64,000 nt of DNA, taken from the NCBI GenBank assembly GCA_963717505.1, contig OY970342.1, positions 928,001-992,000 of the forward strand, written 5' to 3'. The number at the start of each line of letters is the position of its first letter. Position 1 is the stretch's first letter. The notes under the pieces were generated by a model that was given only the letters and a program-made list of their open reading frames with translations, did not search any database and was not told where the DNA came from. The stretch is from Candidatus Eiseniibacteriota bacterium. Its GTDB lineage: Bacteria; Eisenbacteria; RBG-16-71-46. The translations under genes and the position numbers were made by a program. This document shows positions 1-10,669 of this stretch, one piece after another.

Positions 1-256
1 CCTCGGGCCAGCCCAATGCGCGCAGGTGCTCGACCCCCTTCATCGGGTGGCGCTCGGCGTCCGGGTGCCTTTCCCAGTCGAAATCGTGGATCAGCCCGGT
101 CAGGCCCCAGCGCTCCTCGTCCTCGCCGTGCTTGCGGGCGTAGGCGCGCAACGCAGCCTCGACCGCGTAGCAATGCTTGCGCAGGTTGGGATTCTCGATC
201 CATTCGTGGAGCAGGGCGATCGCCTGCTCACGGGTCGGAAGGGCGCTCACGGTCAT
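1..256 (-). CDS. HD-domain (HDIG) metal-dependent phosphohydrolase, 3' end runs off the window
   Basis: Own translation from ATG at 256: MTVSALPTREQAIALLHEWIENPNLRKHCYAVEAALRAYA...WGLTGLIHDFDWERHP, with H...HD motif. Not in the ORF track because it is truncated. Confidence 0.85.
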   Translation of the reverse strand, partial: MTVSALPTREQAIALLHEWIENPNLRKHCYAVEAALRAYARKHGEDEERWGLTGLIHDFDWERHPDAERHPMKGVEHLRALGWPE

Positions 257-272
257 CGGGAAAGCCGGTCGC

Positions 273-509
273 TCACTTCTCGAAGTGCTTCCGGTTCTTC
301 TCGATGTAGGACGCCCACTTCTCGGGCACGCCGTTGTCGGGGAAGATCGCCTGCACCGGACACGCCGCTTCGCAGGCCTGGCAGTCGATGCATTCGTCGG
401 GGTGGATGTAGTACTGGTCCTCGCCCTCGTAGATGCAGTTGACCGGACACACCTCGACGCACGACTTGTCCTTGACGCCGATGCAAGGCTCGGCAATGAC
501 GAACGGCAT
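273..509 (-). CDS. fdxA: 7Fe-type ([3Fe-4S][4Fe-4S]) ferredoxin
   Basis: MPFVIAEPCIGVKDKSCVEVCPVNCIY...IHPDECIDCQACEAACPVQAIF; GGAGGGAG RBS upstream of ATG at 509. Confidence 0.9.
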   Translation of the reverse strand: MPFVIAEPCIGVKDKSCVEVCPVNCIYEGEDQYYIHPDECIDCQACEAACPVQAIFPDNGVPEKWASYIEKNRKHFEK

Positions 510-744
510 GGGCTCCCTCCGAATGGCCGCGCCCCGGCGAGCGCGCGATCGAGGGAGTTTAGAAGCACCGCGACGCCTCGGCAACCGCCCGACTCGGTGG
601 GACTTCCCGAAGATTGTGCTTGAGCCCCCCCCGCCCTGGATCTAGCCTGCAACTGTGGGTTCCGGTGTCTGCCTCCGATTCTCGGATCGCGAACCGCCGG
701 CCTCCGGCCGCTCCCGGGCTCGTCGCAAACTTGTGGAGGTCGTC

Positions 745-3402
745 ATGCGCTCCCCGGCGCGCATCGCCCTGATCTCGATGTTCACGCTCGAGCTCGCCGG
801 CCACTCGCCCGCCCGCGCGCAGGTCCTGCGTCCCGAGTTCTGGGTCACCGATGGCGAGGTCCAGACGATCGCGGTCGACGCGAATTCGATCTACCTGGGC
901 GGGCTGTTCACGCGCGTCGGACCGGCGACCGGCTGCGCGGCGGCGATCCACTCGACCACCGGCGCCCCGATTGCCCCGTTCCCCGGCATCGAAGGCGCGG
1001 TGTTCACGGTCGCCAGCGACGGCAGCGGCGGTTGGTACCTGGGAGGCCGGTTCCAGACCGTGCAGGGCCAGGCGCGTGCCAACCTCGCTCGCCTGGATGC
1101 CGCGGGCAACCTGACGGCGTGGAACCCGAATCCCGACGGAGAGGTGTACGCGCTGGCGGTCGTCAACGGGACGGTTTTCGCCGGCGGCGCGTTCGGAACG
1201 ATCGGTGGCGCCACGCGCAACTACCTGGCCGCGGTCGATGCCGCGACCGGGGTCGCCACCGGGTGGGACCCGCAGGCCGGCGGCTTGATCAACGCGGTTG
1301 CCGCGAGCGACGGCGTACTCTATGTCAGCGGCGAGTTCACATTCATCGGCGGCCAGCCACGCACCTATGTCGCGGCATTGAGCATGGCGACTGCCGAGGC
1401 CACGGCCTGGAATCCCGCTCCAGATGGTTACGTCGCGACGTTGGCCGCCGGCGACGGCGTCATCTATGCGGGTGGCTACTTCGAGAGTATCGGCGGCGAG
1501 GATTTCTACTACCTCGCGGCACTCGATCCCGCGACTGGCGCCGCAACCAACTGGGACGCGGGCGCCGACGGCGACGTCTCGGCCCTGGCGGTAAGCGGGG
1601 GGCAGATCTACGCCGCCGGCAACTTCACGGTGGTCGGCGGCCAGGCCCGCTCCGGGTTGGCCGCGATCGACGCCATCACCGCTGAAGCCACCGACTGGAA
1701 TCCGTCACCGGATGGATTCGTCATCGCCATGGCCGCCGACAACGCCACGGTCTACGTGAGCGGCGACTTTTCCAATGTCGGCGGTGCGGCCCGCGGCGGG
1801 CTGGCGGCAATCGACGCCGCCACCGGTGCCGCTACCGGCTGGGACCCCGGCGTTGGCGCCGGCGTCGTGAATGCGCTGGCGATCGGCACCGGAAGAGTCT
1901 TCGTCGGCGGCGACTTCAGCATGTGCGGTGGGGTCGCGCGCAGCAATCTGGCGGCGATCGACGCGGCCACCGGACAGGCGACCAACTGGAATCCCGGTGC
2001 GGACGGCGCGGTCAACGATCTCGTTCTGGGCACCGGCACGCTCTACGTCGGCGGCTTCTTCGCGACCGTGGGCGGCGCGACTCGCTTCAATCTCGCCGAG
2101 ATCGATCTCGCGAACGGAACCGTAACCGGCTGGGCACCGCACGCGGACGGCGCGGTATTCGCGCTCGCGCTTGGCGTCGGCGTGGTGTACGCCGGCGGTG
2201 GATTCGGCGAAATCGGCGGTCAGGTCCGACCTTTCGTTGCGGCGTTGGACCCGGGCACCGGGCTGGCCACCAACTGGAATCCCAAAGCCGACGAGCTGGT
2301 CTATGAACTCGCGCTCCACGGCAGCACGGTCCTGGTGGGCGGCGAGTTCGCCTCGATCGGGGGCGAGCCGCGGCGCCACCTCGCCTCGCTCGACGCCGCC
2401 GGCGCCGCGACGCCGTGGGCCCCCGAGCCCGACAACCGGGTCTTCGCGATCCTTGCGAACGGAAGCACGGTGTTCGTCGGCGGCGATTTCACCCAAATCT
2501 CGGGTCAGCCTCGCGGCCACGTGGCCGCGCTCGACGCGACCACCGGCGACGCCGGCAGCTGGGATCCGGATGTCGATGGTTCGCTGCGCGCTCTCGCCAT
2601 GTTCGGTGGGTTCGTCTATCTCGGCGGCGGATTCCTCAACGTCGGTGGTGTGCCGCGCTTCGGCGTGGCCGCGGTCGATGCCGCGACCGGCGAGCTCAAC
2701 ACGTGGGATCCCGACCTCAACGGCGCAACTCTGGCCGTGGCGACCCGAGGATCCGCGGTTTTCCTCGGGGGGGCGTTCTCGAGCGCTGCCGCGGTCTCGC
2801 GCAGTGGGTTCGTCGCGTTCCGGGATGCCCAAACCGCGACGCTGGTGACGCAGTTCGCGGCCAGCCCTCGCGGCGACGCGATCGAATTGCGTTGGACGCT
2901 CGGCGAACCTGGACGCTTCGCGGAGATCCGGCTCGAGCGCGCCCCGGCGGTGGCCGGCCCGTGGCAGTTCGCGGCGGTCGAGCTCGCGAGCGAGGGTGAC
3001 GCGACCGTGGCGCTCGACCGCGGGGTCGAAGCGGGCAACACCTACTGGTATCGCCTGTGGGCGCGCGCTCACGACGGGCAGGTCGCGACGTTCGGACCCC
3101 TGTCAGCCACCGCCGGTGGCGGCGCGGCCGCCTTCGACCTCGGGCGCATCTCCCCCAATCCGGCCGACGGTCCGGTGCGGATCGAGTTTGCCGCGGCGGT
3201 GGCCGCGCTCATGCGCCTGAGCGTGTTCGACGTCCAGGGCCGCGAGGTGGCGGTGCTCGCCAACGGGCCGCAGCGCGCCGGCAGCCACGTGGCGACGTGG
3301 AACGGCGAGGGCTCGTCGGGACCGGTGCCCGCCGGGCTCTACTTCATCCGGCTCCAGGCGGCGAACCGGACCTGGGTGCGCAGGCTCGCGTTGGCCCGCT
3401 GA
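745..3402 (+). CDS. Secreted repeat (double beta-propeller) protein with Fn3-like and FlgD-Ig/T9SS-like C-terminal domains
   Basis: GGAGGT RBS before ATG 745; signal peptide; 14 ~48-aa repeats; C-terminal SPNP...VFDVQGREV...WNG...AGLYFIRL. Confidence 0.85.
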   Translation: MRSPARIALISMFTLELAGHSPARAQVLRPEFWVTDGEVQTIAVDANSIYLGGLFTRVGPATGCAAAIHSTTGAPIAPFPGIEGAVFTVASDGSGGWYLGGRFQTVQGQARANLARLDAAGNLTAWNPNPDGEVYALAVVNGTVFAGGAFGTIGGATRNYLAAVDAATGVATGWDPQAGGLINAVAASDGVLYVSGEFTFIGGQPRTYVAALSMATAEATAWNPAPDGYVATLAAGDGVIYAGGYFESIGGEDFYYLAALDPATGAATNWDAGADGDVSALAVSGGQIYAAGNFTVVGGQARSGLAAIDAITAEATDWNPSPDGFVIAMAADNATVYVSGDFSNVGGAARGGLAAIDAATGAATGWDPGVGAGVVNALAIGTGRVFVGGDFSMCGGVARSNLAAIDAATGQATNWNPGADGAVNDLVLGTGTLYVGGFFATVGGATRFNLAEIDLANGTVTGWAPHADGAVFALALGVGVVYAGGGFGEIGGQVRPFVAALDPGTGLATNWNPKADELVYELALHGSTVLVGGEFASIGGEPRRHLASLDAAGAATPWAPEPDNRVFAILANGSTVFVGGDFTQISGQPRGHVAALDATTGDAGSWDPDVDGSLRALAMFGGFVYLGGGFLNVGGVPRFGVAAVDAATGELNTWDPDLNGATLAVATRGSAVFLGGAFSSAAAVSRSGFVAFRDAQTATLVTQFAASPRGDAIELRWTLGEPGRFAEIRLERAPAVAGPWQFAAVELASEGDATVALDRGVEAGNTYWYRLWARAHDGQVATFGPLSATAGGGAAAFDLGRISPNPADGPVRIEFAAAVAALMRLSVFDVQGREVAVLANGPQRAGSHVATWNGEGSSGPVPAGLYFIRLQAANRTWVRRLALAR

Positions 3403-3528
3403 GCGGCTGCGCTTGACCGGCCCGAGTCGGTGGTCGATCATCGCCGGCTCGATCGTCGACGTCTCTCTTACCGGTGCCGCGCGACCCATCCCACGCGCGC
3501 TCGGCCGGCCCGAATTCCATGAGCTTCC

Positions 3529-4710
3529 ATGAGCGCAGACACCCCGAACCTGCACGACCTGCGGATTCAACGTGACGCTCCGGCACGCTCGGCCGGCGCC
3601 AGTCGCGGCCTCGTGCTCGCTTTGGCTGCGTTCGGGGTCCTCGTCCTGATCGCGGCCGCAGCCTTCCTCCTGGCTCCCAAGGGAATCGCCGTCCAGACCA
3701 CGATCGCGAGTCGCAGCGGCGGTGCGATCGCGGGCGGCGGCATCTCGGCGAGCGGCTACGTCGTGGCCCGTACCAAGGCCTCGGTGTCGGCCAAGATCGC
3801 GGGGCGCCTCGAGTACCTCGGCGTCTCCGAAGGCACTCTGGTCCGCAAGTCCCAGGTGATCGCCCGGATCGAGGCGGGCATCTATCGCGCCCAGGTCCAG
3901 GCGGCCAAGGCGAATGTTGCCGAGGAAGAAGCTCGGCTCGCTCAGTCGCGTCGCGACCTCGAGCGCACGCGCTCGCTGCGCGACCAGAACGTCGTGTCGC
4001 AGCTCGAATTCGAGAATGCCGAGACCGACGTGCGCGTCAATCAGGCGACACTCGAGTCCGCGATCGCCCAGCAGCGGCTGGCCGCGGAGACCCTGGAGAA
4101 CACCCTGGTCCGGGCGCCGTTCGACGGCACCGTGCTCCGCAAAGACGCCGAGGTCGGCGAGATCGTGGCGCCCGCCTCGGCCGGAGGCGGCCTGACCCGC
4201 ACCGCGATCGTCACCATGGCCGACCTCGCGACCCTCGAGGTCGAAGTCGACGTCAACGAGGCCTACATCGCGCGGGTGCGCAACGGCCAGGAGGCGCGCA
4301 TCACACTCGACGCCTACCCCGACACGTCGTTCGCCGGCCGCGTGCGCCAGGTGGTGCCGACCGCCGACCGCCAGAAGGCGACGGTCCTGGTCAAAGTGTC
4401 GATTCTCGACCGCGACCCGCGCATTCTTCCCGAAATGGGCGCCAAGGTCGTGTTCACCGATGGCGATGGTGGGGCCGCCGTGGTTCCGGTGCGGATCACC
4501 GTGCCTTCGGCGGCGGTGGTGCGCGACGGCGACGCGGCTCGCGTGTGGGTGGTCGAGAACGCGCGAGTCGCCGCGCGTAGCATCGAGCTGGGACGAGAAA
4601 CCAACAACAACGTCGAGGTGCGGTCCGGGTTGAACGGCGGCGAGGTCGTGGTGGTCGAGCCACCCGCGGGGCTCGCCGAAGGCACGCGAGTGCGAGTGAG
4701 TCCGTCGTAA
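3529..4710 (+). CDS. Periplasmic adaptor (MFP/HlyD, MacA-like) of an ABC exporter
   Basis: N-terminal TM, ASGYVVA, lipoyl half-motifs (VRAPFDGTV), coiled coil, EVDVNE, PEMGAKV. Confidence 0.9.
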   Translation: MSADTPNLHDLRIQRDAPARSAGASRGLVLALAAFGVLVLIAAAAFLLAPKGIAVQTTIASRSGGAIAGGGISASGYVVARTKASVSAKIAGRLEYLGVSEGTLVRKSQVIARIEAGIYRAQVQAAKANVAEEEARLAQSRRDLERTRSLRDQNVVSQLEFENAETDVRVNQATLESAIAQQRLAAETLENTLVRAPFDGTVLRKDAEVGEIVAPASAGGGLTRTAIVTMADLATLEVEVDVNEAYIARVRNGQEARITLDAYPDTSFAGRVRQVVPTADRQKATVLVKVSILDRDPRILPEMGAKVVFTDGDGGAAVVPVRITVPSAAVVRDGDAARVWVVENARVAARSIELGRETNNNVEVRSGLNGGEVVVVEPPAGLAEGTRVRVSPS

Positions 4711-4756
4711 CGTTCGCGCGCGTCGCCGCTGGCAGCCCGCGCGAAGAGGAGAATCG

Positions 4757-5428
4757 ATGGCATCGATCGAAGTCCGAAACGTGAAGAAGGTCTATCGACG
4801 GAACACCCAGGAAGTCCCGGTGCTCAATGGCCTGTCGATCCAGATTGCCGAGGGCGACTACGTCGCGCTGATGGGCCCGTCGGGCAGCGGCAAGACCACG
4901 TTGCTCAACCTGATCGGCGGAATCGACAGCCCGACCTCGGGCGACGTGATCGTCGGCGGCACCGACATCGCGAAGCTCAAGGGCCGCGGCCTGGCGAAAT
5001 GGCGGTCGCATCACATCGGATTCATCTTCCAGCTCTACAACCTGATCCCGGTGCTCAATGCCTTGCAGAACGTGGAACTTCCGCTCACGCTCCACAAGAT
5101 GAGTGGCAAGGAGCGCAAGCGGCGGGCGACTACCGCGCTTCAGCTGGTGGGACTCGGCGATCGACTCACCCACTTCCCACGGCAGCTCTCGGGCGGCCAG
5201 GAGCAGCGGGTCGCGATCGCCCGCGCGCTGGTCAGCGACCCTGCGGTCCTGCTCGCGGACGAGCCGACCGGTGACCTGGATCGCGAGTCGGGCGACGACG
5301 TCTTGAGGCTGCTCGAGCGGTTGAACCAGGAATTCAAGAAGACCATCGTCATGGTCACCCATGACCCGCACGCCGCCGAGCGCGCGAAGCGGGTGGTGCA
5401 TCTCGACAAGGGCGTCCTGTCGGCGTAG
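4757..5428 (+). CDS. ABC transporter ATP-binding protein (LolD/MacB-like)
   Basis: Walker [32 protein letters not shown]. Confidence 0.95.
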   Translation: MASIEVRNVKKVYRRNTQEVPVLNGLSIQIAEGDYVALMGPSGSGKTTLLNLIGGIDSPTSGDVIVGGTDIAKLKGRGLAKWRSHHIGFIFQLYNLIPVLNALQNVELPLTLHKMSGKERKRRATTALQLVGLGDRLTHFPRQLSGGQEQRVAIARALVSDPAVLLADEPTGDLDRESGDDVLRLLERLNQEFKKTIVMVTHDPHAAERAKRVVHLDKGVLSA

Positions 5429-5439
5429 GCGGAGGCAAC

Positions 5440-6633
5440 ATGAACTTCCTGAGCCTCGTGCTCGTCAATCTCGGCCGCAACAAGCGTCGGACCACGCTCA
5501 CCATCCTGAGCGTCATGATCGCGCTGTTCCTGTTCTGCACGCTGCGCGGCGTGCTCGACACGCTCGAGGCGTCGATTCGGGTCGGCAGCGAAGCCCGGTT
5601 GGTGACGCGCAACAAGATCTCGTTGATCTTTCCGCTGCCCAAGTCGTACGTCGAGCGCATTCGCGCCGTCCAGGGCGTCGGCCGCGTGACCTGGGGCAAC
5701 TGGTTCGGCGGTACCGACCCGCTCGACCCCGGCAACTTCTACGCGCGGTTCGGCGTCGATGCCCCGACCTACATGCCGATGTACGCGCGTGACATCGAGA
5801 TCATCGACCAAAGCGCTCCGCAAGGAACCGGCGCGGTTCCGGCCGACGTCGACCCCAAGCTCGCCGCGTTCATGGAGGAGCGCACGGCGTGCGTCGTCGG
5901 CCAGTCGCTGTACAAGCGCATGGGCTGGAAGATGGGGCAGCAGATCAGCGCGATCGGCACGATCTTCCCCGGCGACTGGACCTGGACGATCCGCGCCGTC
6001 TACCACGCCAAGGATCCGGCGTTCGGCGAAGAAGCGATCATCTTCCACTGGGACTATCTGAACGAACGGGCGATGGGCGGGCAGGGTCCGGTGGGCTGGT
6101 ACACGCTCGAGCTGACCCAGCCGGAGCGCGCCGGCGAGATCTCGAAGCAGGTCGACGGGCTGTTCGAGAACTCCTCGGCGCAGACGCGCACCGAGACCGA
6201 GCGCGCGTTCCAGGCCGGCTTCGTCAGCATGTACGGCAACGTCCCGTTCCTGATCGGAGTGATCGGACTGGCAGTGGTGTTCGCCATCCTGCTGGTCGCG
6301 GCCAACACCATGATGATGGCCAGCCGAGAGCGCACCAACGAATTCGCGGTCATGAAGACGCTCGGCTTCGAGGATGGCGCGCTGTTCCGACTCGTGCTCG
6401 CCGAGGCCGCGGTCATCACGCTGGGCGGCGGCATCGCCGGGGCGATGCTGGCCAAGTTCGTGCTCGAGAAATCCGGCTTCAACGCCGGCGGCATGCTGCC
6501 GCCCATGACCGTGAGCTGGACCACGGTGATCATCGGCATCGGCATCGCCGTGCTCATGGGACTGACCAGCGGCTTCGTCCCGGCCTGGCAGGCCTCGAAG
6601 CTGCGCATCGTCGACGCGTTGCGGCGCGTGTGA
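5440..6633 (+). CDS. ABC transporter permease (MacB/FtsX family)
   Basis: NLGRNKRRTTLT, periplasmic domain, ERTNEFAVMKTLGF, C-terminal PAWQASKLRIVDALR. Confidence 0.9.
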   Translation: MNFLSLVLVNLGRNKRRTTLTILSVMIALFLFCTLRGVLDTLEASIRVGSEARLVTRNKISLIFPLPKSYVERIRAVQGVGRVTWGNWFGGTDPLDPGNFYARFGVDAPTYMPMYARDIEIIDQSAPQGTGAVPADVDPKLAAFMEERTACVVGQSLYKRMGWKMGQQISAIGTIFPGDWTWTIRAVYHAKDPAFGEEAIIFHWDYLNERAMGGQGPVGWYTLELTQPERAGEISKQVDGLFENSSAQTRTETERAFQAGFVSMYGNVPFLIGVIGLAVVFAILLVAANTMMMASRERTNEFAVMKTLGFEDGALFRLVLAEAAVITLGGGIAGAMLAKFVLEKSGFNAGGMLPPMTVSWTTVIIGIGIAVLMGLTSGFVPAWQASKLRIVDALRRV

Positions 6634-6647
6634 ACTAGGGAGCGACC

Positions 6648-7814
6648 ATGGCCATTCCGATCGCCTACAACTTCCGCAACGTCCTGCGCCGCCCGGCGAA
6701 TACCATCACGACCGCGATCGGCATCGGACTGGTGGTCGCCATCCTGATCGGCGCGTTCGCGCTGGCCGCCGGCTTCCAGGCGGCGCTGGTCGAGAGCGGC
6801 TCGCCGCAAAACGTGATCGTCATGCGCACGGGCGCCGACAGCGAGATCTCCAGCGGCGTCTCGCTGGAGGGCGCCAGCATCGTGCGCGCCCTGCCGGCGA
6901 TCGCGACCGCCCCCGATGGACGCCCGTTGGTCAGCGCCGAGCTGCTGGTGCTCACCAACCTCGAGCGCCTTGGGCAATCCGGTTCGTCGAACGTCCCGAT
7001 TCGTGGCATCCAGGTCGACGGCCTGCCGCTGCGCGACCGGCTCGAGATCACCGCCGGACGTGCGTTCACGCCCGGGACCGACGAAGTGATCGTCGGCGAG
7101 CGGATCTCGCGGCGGTTCAAGAACTGCAGGATCGGGGACCAGATCCGCTTCGGCCAGCGCGCGTTCAACGTGGTCGGCCTGTTCCGCTGCGGCGGCTCGT
7201 CGTTCGAGTCCGAGATCTGGGGAGATCAGGCGGTGCTCGGGCCGGCACTCGGCCGCCAGGGATTCCAGAGCGTGACCTTCCGCATGCGCGATACGTCCCA
7301 GTTCCGCGCGATCGAGTCCCAGCTCGAGGACGATCCGCGGCTCGGCGTCCAGGTCCGCACCGAGCGCGCCTTCTATTCGAGTCAGTCGATGTTGCTCGCC
7401 AACGTGATGCGCATCGCCGGTGTGTTCATCACCCTGATCATGGCGGTCGGCGCGATCTTCGGGGCGGTCAATACGATGTACGCCGCGGTCGGCGCGCGCA
7501 CGCGCGAGATCGCCGTCCTGCTCACGCTCGGCTTCTCGCCGTTCGCGGTCCTGACCTCGTTCATGACCGAGTCGGTGATCCTGGCGCTGATTGGCGGCCT
7601 TCTCGGCTGCCTGCTGGCGCTGCCGATCAACGGCATCGTCACCAGCACCACGAACTGGGCGTCGTTCAGCGAGGTGGCGTTCGCGTTCCGTGTGACGCCG
7701 TTCGCCATGGTCTTCGGGCTGGTGTTCGCGGCCGCCATGGGGACGATCGGCGGCTTCCTGCCCGCGCTCAAGGCCGCGCGGCAGTCGCTGGCGTCGAGTC
7801 TGCGCGAGCTCTAG
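6648..7814 (+). CDS. ABC transporter permease (MacB/FtsX family)
   Basis: RNVLRR..T..T, RTREIAVLLTLGF, PALKAARQSLASSLREL. Confidence 0.9.
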   Translation: MAIPIAYNFRNVLRRPANTITTAIGIGLVVAILIGAFALAAGFQAALVESGSPQNVIVMRTGADSEISSGVSLEGASIVRALPAIATAPDGRPLVSAELLVLTNLERLGQSGSSNVPIRGIQVDGLPLRDRLEITAGRAFTPGTDEVIVGERISRRFKNCRIGDQIRFGQRAFNVVGLFRCGGSSFESEIWGDQAVLGPALGRQGFQSVTFRMRDTSQFRAIESQLEDDPRLGVQVRTERAFYSSQSMLLANVMRIAGVFITLIMAVGAIFGAVNTMYAAVGARTREIAVLLTLGFSPFAVLTSFMTESVILALIGGLLGCLLALPINGIVTSTTNWASFSEVAFAFRVTPFAMVFGLVFAAAMGTIGGFLPALKAARQSLASSLREL

Positions 7815-7824
7815 ACCCCGAGAC

Positions 7825-9387
7825 TCAGTTCACGCGCACCAGGCGCACCGTCTTGGTGAAGCCCAGCATGTCGAGCCGGGCCAGGTAGATCCCTGGTCGC
7901 ACGGCGCGGTGCTGATCGTCGGTGCCGTCCCAGGCCAGACGATTCTCGCCGGCGACCCCATCGCCATCCATTAGACGCCGCACGCGGCGGCCCTGCAGGT
8001 CGTAGAGGTCCACGCGCGCCTGTGCACCGCGCGGCAGCCGGAATGACAGCGCGGTGCCGGAGCGGAACGGATTCGGGGCCACGCGGAAGTAGATCTGCGA
8101 CGACAGCGCGTCGTCCACCGACAAGGGCGGCGGCTCGCCGGACTGGCGAATGCGATAGATGCCGCCGGTCGGACCGACCTGCGTGCTGTCGAATTGCGTC
8201 AGGTAGTACAGGCTGCCGTCGGGGCCGACGAAGAAATCGACCGCGGACTTGAGGCCGGTGGCCCACGCGGTCGCGTTCGGTTGGCCGGGAACCGGGGCCG
8301 GGGTCACCCAGTCACCCTTCACGTTCTTCAGCCGGCGCAGTTCACCGCTGTAGTACTCCCCGTAGAAATAGTCGCCGTGGTACTCCTCGGCCCAGTTGTA
8401 CGACGCGCCGAGCAACGGCCGGTAGATGCCACCGGTCGAGATCGATACCTGCTTCACCGGGTCGCGCAGCAGGTTCACGATTCCGGGCTTGTAGGGGAAG
8501 GTGCCCTGACCGCCGGGCTCGGGGCACGAGCCGCGAACCGTGACCAGCGGCCCCTCGCGCCACGGCCAACCGAGGAAGTCGCCGGGCAGGATCTCGTCGA
8601 TTTCCTCGTAGGTCAGCAATCCGACTTCGGCGGCGTAGAGCTTGCCGGTCATCGGATCGATGTGGAAGCGCCACGGATTGCGCAGGCCCCAGGCCCAGAC
8701 CAGACGCGCGTTGGTGTCGGGTGTCGACAGTGGGTTGTCGAGCGGCGTGATCAGCGCGCGCGGCACCGGTGTCTGGACGTTCTCCCCGAGTGTGTGCACA
8801 CGCAGCCGCAGGATCGCGCCGCGCAGCGACGAAGAATCGCGGGCCGCACACGGTGTGTCGTCGTCGCCGATGCTCACGTACAGGTGACCGTCGGGCCCGA
8901 AACGCAGGCAACCGCCGTTGTGCGTGATGACCGCGTCGGGGATGTCGTCGATCAGGATCACCGGGTTCATTAGCCCGACGTACACGCCCGAGGGGTCGTT
9001 CAGGCTTCCGGTCGCGGTGTAGCGCACCACGCGACAGAATCCGCCGGTGCGCGTGTAATAGAGATAGACGAAGGGCCGCTGCGGCCACGCGGGGTCGACC
9101 GCGATCCCCTGGAGTCCGCGCTCGTAGGCGGCGGAGTTGAGTTCGGGGGTCGTGGACAGAACGTTGGTGATCGAGATCGAAGCGCCGACCACCATGCGCA
9201 CCCGGCCGGTCCGCTGCTCGGTCACCAGGATCCGCCAGTCGGGAAGGAACGCCATGCTGTTGGGCTCGGTGAACCCGGTAACCACCGTTTCGTGGACGAA
9301 ACCGGTGGGAACCACGGTCTCGCCGTGGGCAACCGCAGCAAGCAGGCAACCGGTGCAAAGGAGGAGTGGCGCGAGATGTCGCCGCAT
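7825..9387 (-). CDS. Secreted PQQ-dependent sugar (glucose/sorbosone) dehydrogenase-like protein with FlgD-Ig C-terminal domain
   Basis: Signal peptide MRRHLAPLL; ERGLQGIAVDP, HNGGCLRFGPDGHLYVSIGD, WAWGLRNPWR; C-terminal APNPF...YDLQGRRVR...WDG...PGIYLARL. Confidence 0.85.
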   Translation of the reverse strand: MRRHLAPLLLCTGCLLAAVAHGETVVPTGFVHETVVTGFTEPNSMAFLPDWRILVTEQRTGRVRMVVGASISITNVLSTTPELNSAAYERGLQGIAVDPAWPQRPFVYLYYTRTGGFCRVVRYTATGSLNDPSGVYVGLMNPVILIDDIPDAVITHNGGCLRFGPDGHLYVSIGDDDTPCAARDSSSLRGAILRLRVHTLGENVQTPVPRALITPLDNPLSTPDTNARLVWAWGLRNPWRFHIDPMTGKLYAAEVGLLTYEEIDEILPGDFLGWPWREGPLVTVRGSCPEPGGQGTFPYKPGIVNLLRDPVKQVSISTGGIYRPLLGASYNWAEEYHGDYFYGEYYSGELRRLKNVKGDWVTPAPVPGQPNATAWATGLKSAVDFFVGPDGSLYYLTQFDSTQVGPTGGIYRIRQSGEPPPLSVDDALSSQIYFRVAPNPFRSGTALSFRLPRGAQARVDLYDLQGRRVRRLMDGDGVAGENRLAWDGTDDQHRAVRPGIYLARLDMLGFTKTVRLVRVN

Positions 9388-9672
9388 CGGGGGCTCCGGC
9401 GTGTCTTTGTGGGTATCCCTGTTGCCCGCTGTGCGGCGTTTCGGGGAGGGCAATTGAAAAGGGACGGTAAGGATACCGAGCCGGAGGGCGGAAATCGAGG
9501 GTGATTCGCGTCGCGGCCGCCGAATGGCAACGGCGGCGTGCAACCTGCCGTCCTGCTGCATCTCAAGTCGGGGCCCACCGGCAAACGGACTTCCCGAGGT
9601 CGGCTTTTCGCATGGGGGACTAGCCATTAGAATCCCCCGGTCCTTCCCTACAACCCGTTTCGGGAGAACGCC

Positions 9673-10653
9673 TTGTCACGCATCCACGACGTCATCGTCC
9701 TGGGCTCCGGGCCGGCGGGTTACACCGCCGCCCTGTACGCCGCCCGGGCCAATCTCAAGCCGCTCCTGATCGCCGGGTACCAGCAGGGGGGGCAGCTCAC
9801 GATCACCACCGAGGTCGAGAATTACCCCGGATTCCGCGAGGCCATCCTCGGCCCGGAACTCATGGAAATCATGAAGGACCAGGTGCTGCGCTTCGGCACC
9901 GAGATCGTCCAGGGCGCCGTCGAGCGCGTGGACTTCTCGAAGCGGCCCTTCGCGGTCTGGACCGACGATGGCCAGGAGTTCCGCGGCCGCGCGGTGATCG
10001 TCGCCACCGGTGCTTCGGCCAAGTTGATCGGCGTGCCGAGCGAGGGCGAGTTCATGGGCTTCGGCGTTTCGGCGTGCGCGACCTGCGATGGGTTCTTCTT
10101 CAAGAACCGGCGCGTGATGGTGGTGGGCGGCGGTGACACGGCGATGGAGGAGGCCAACTACCTCACGCGTTTCACCTCGGAGGTCATCGTGGTGCATCGG
10201 CGAGATGCGCTGCGCGCCTCGAAGATCATGCAGGATCGGGCGCTCAAGAATCCCAAGATCAGCTTCCTGTGGAATCGCGAAGTCGCCGAATTCCTGGGGA
10301 CCCCGCACAAGAAGCTCACCGGCGTCCGCCTGCGCGACACGCAGAACGGCAAGGTCACGGAACACGAGATCGACGGTGTGTTCGTGGCGATCGGCCATCA
10401 ACCCAACACCAAGTTCCTCGAGGGCCACATGCCGATGGACGCGCGCGGCTATCTTCGGATCGAACCCGGAACCTCGCGCACCCCGGTCGAGGGCGTGTTC
10501 GCCGCCGGGGACGTCGCAGACAGCGTCTATCGCCAGGCGGTGACCGCCGCCGGCACCGGATGCATGGCGGCGATTGACGCCGAACGCTGGCTCGAAGCCC
10601 AGGACGCGAGCGCCCACGACTCGGCCGCGGCCGCACCCGCGCGCACCACCTGA
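9673..10653 (+). CDS. trxB: Thioredoxin reductase
   Basis: GSGPAGYTAA, GGQLTITTEVENYPG, SACATCDG, GGGDTAMEE, GVFAAGDV; TTG start after GGAGA. Confidence 0.97.
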   Translation: MSRIHDVIVLGSGPAGYTAALYAARANLKPLLIAGYQQGGQLTITTEVENYPGFREAILGPELMEIMKDQVLRFGTEIVQGAVERVDFSKRPFAVWTDDGQEFRGRAVIVATGASAKLIGVPSEGEFMGFGVSACATCDGFFFKNRRVMVVGGGDTAMEEANYLTRFTSEVIVVHRRDALRASKIMQDRALKNPKISFLWNREVAEFLGTPHKKLTGVRLRDTQNGKVTEHEIDGVFVAIGHQPNTKFLEGHMPMDARGYLRIEPGTSRTPVEGVFAAGDVADSVYRQAVTAAGTGCMAAIDAERWLEAQDASAHDSAAAAPARTT

Positions 10654-10669
10654 ACCCGGAAGGACCGGG

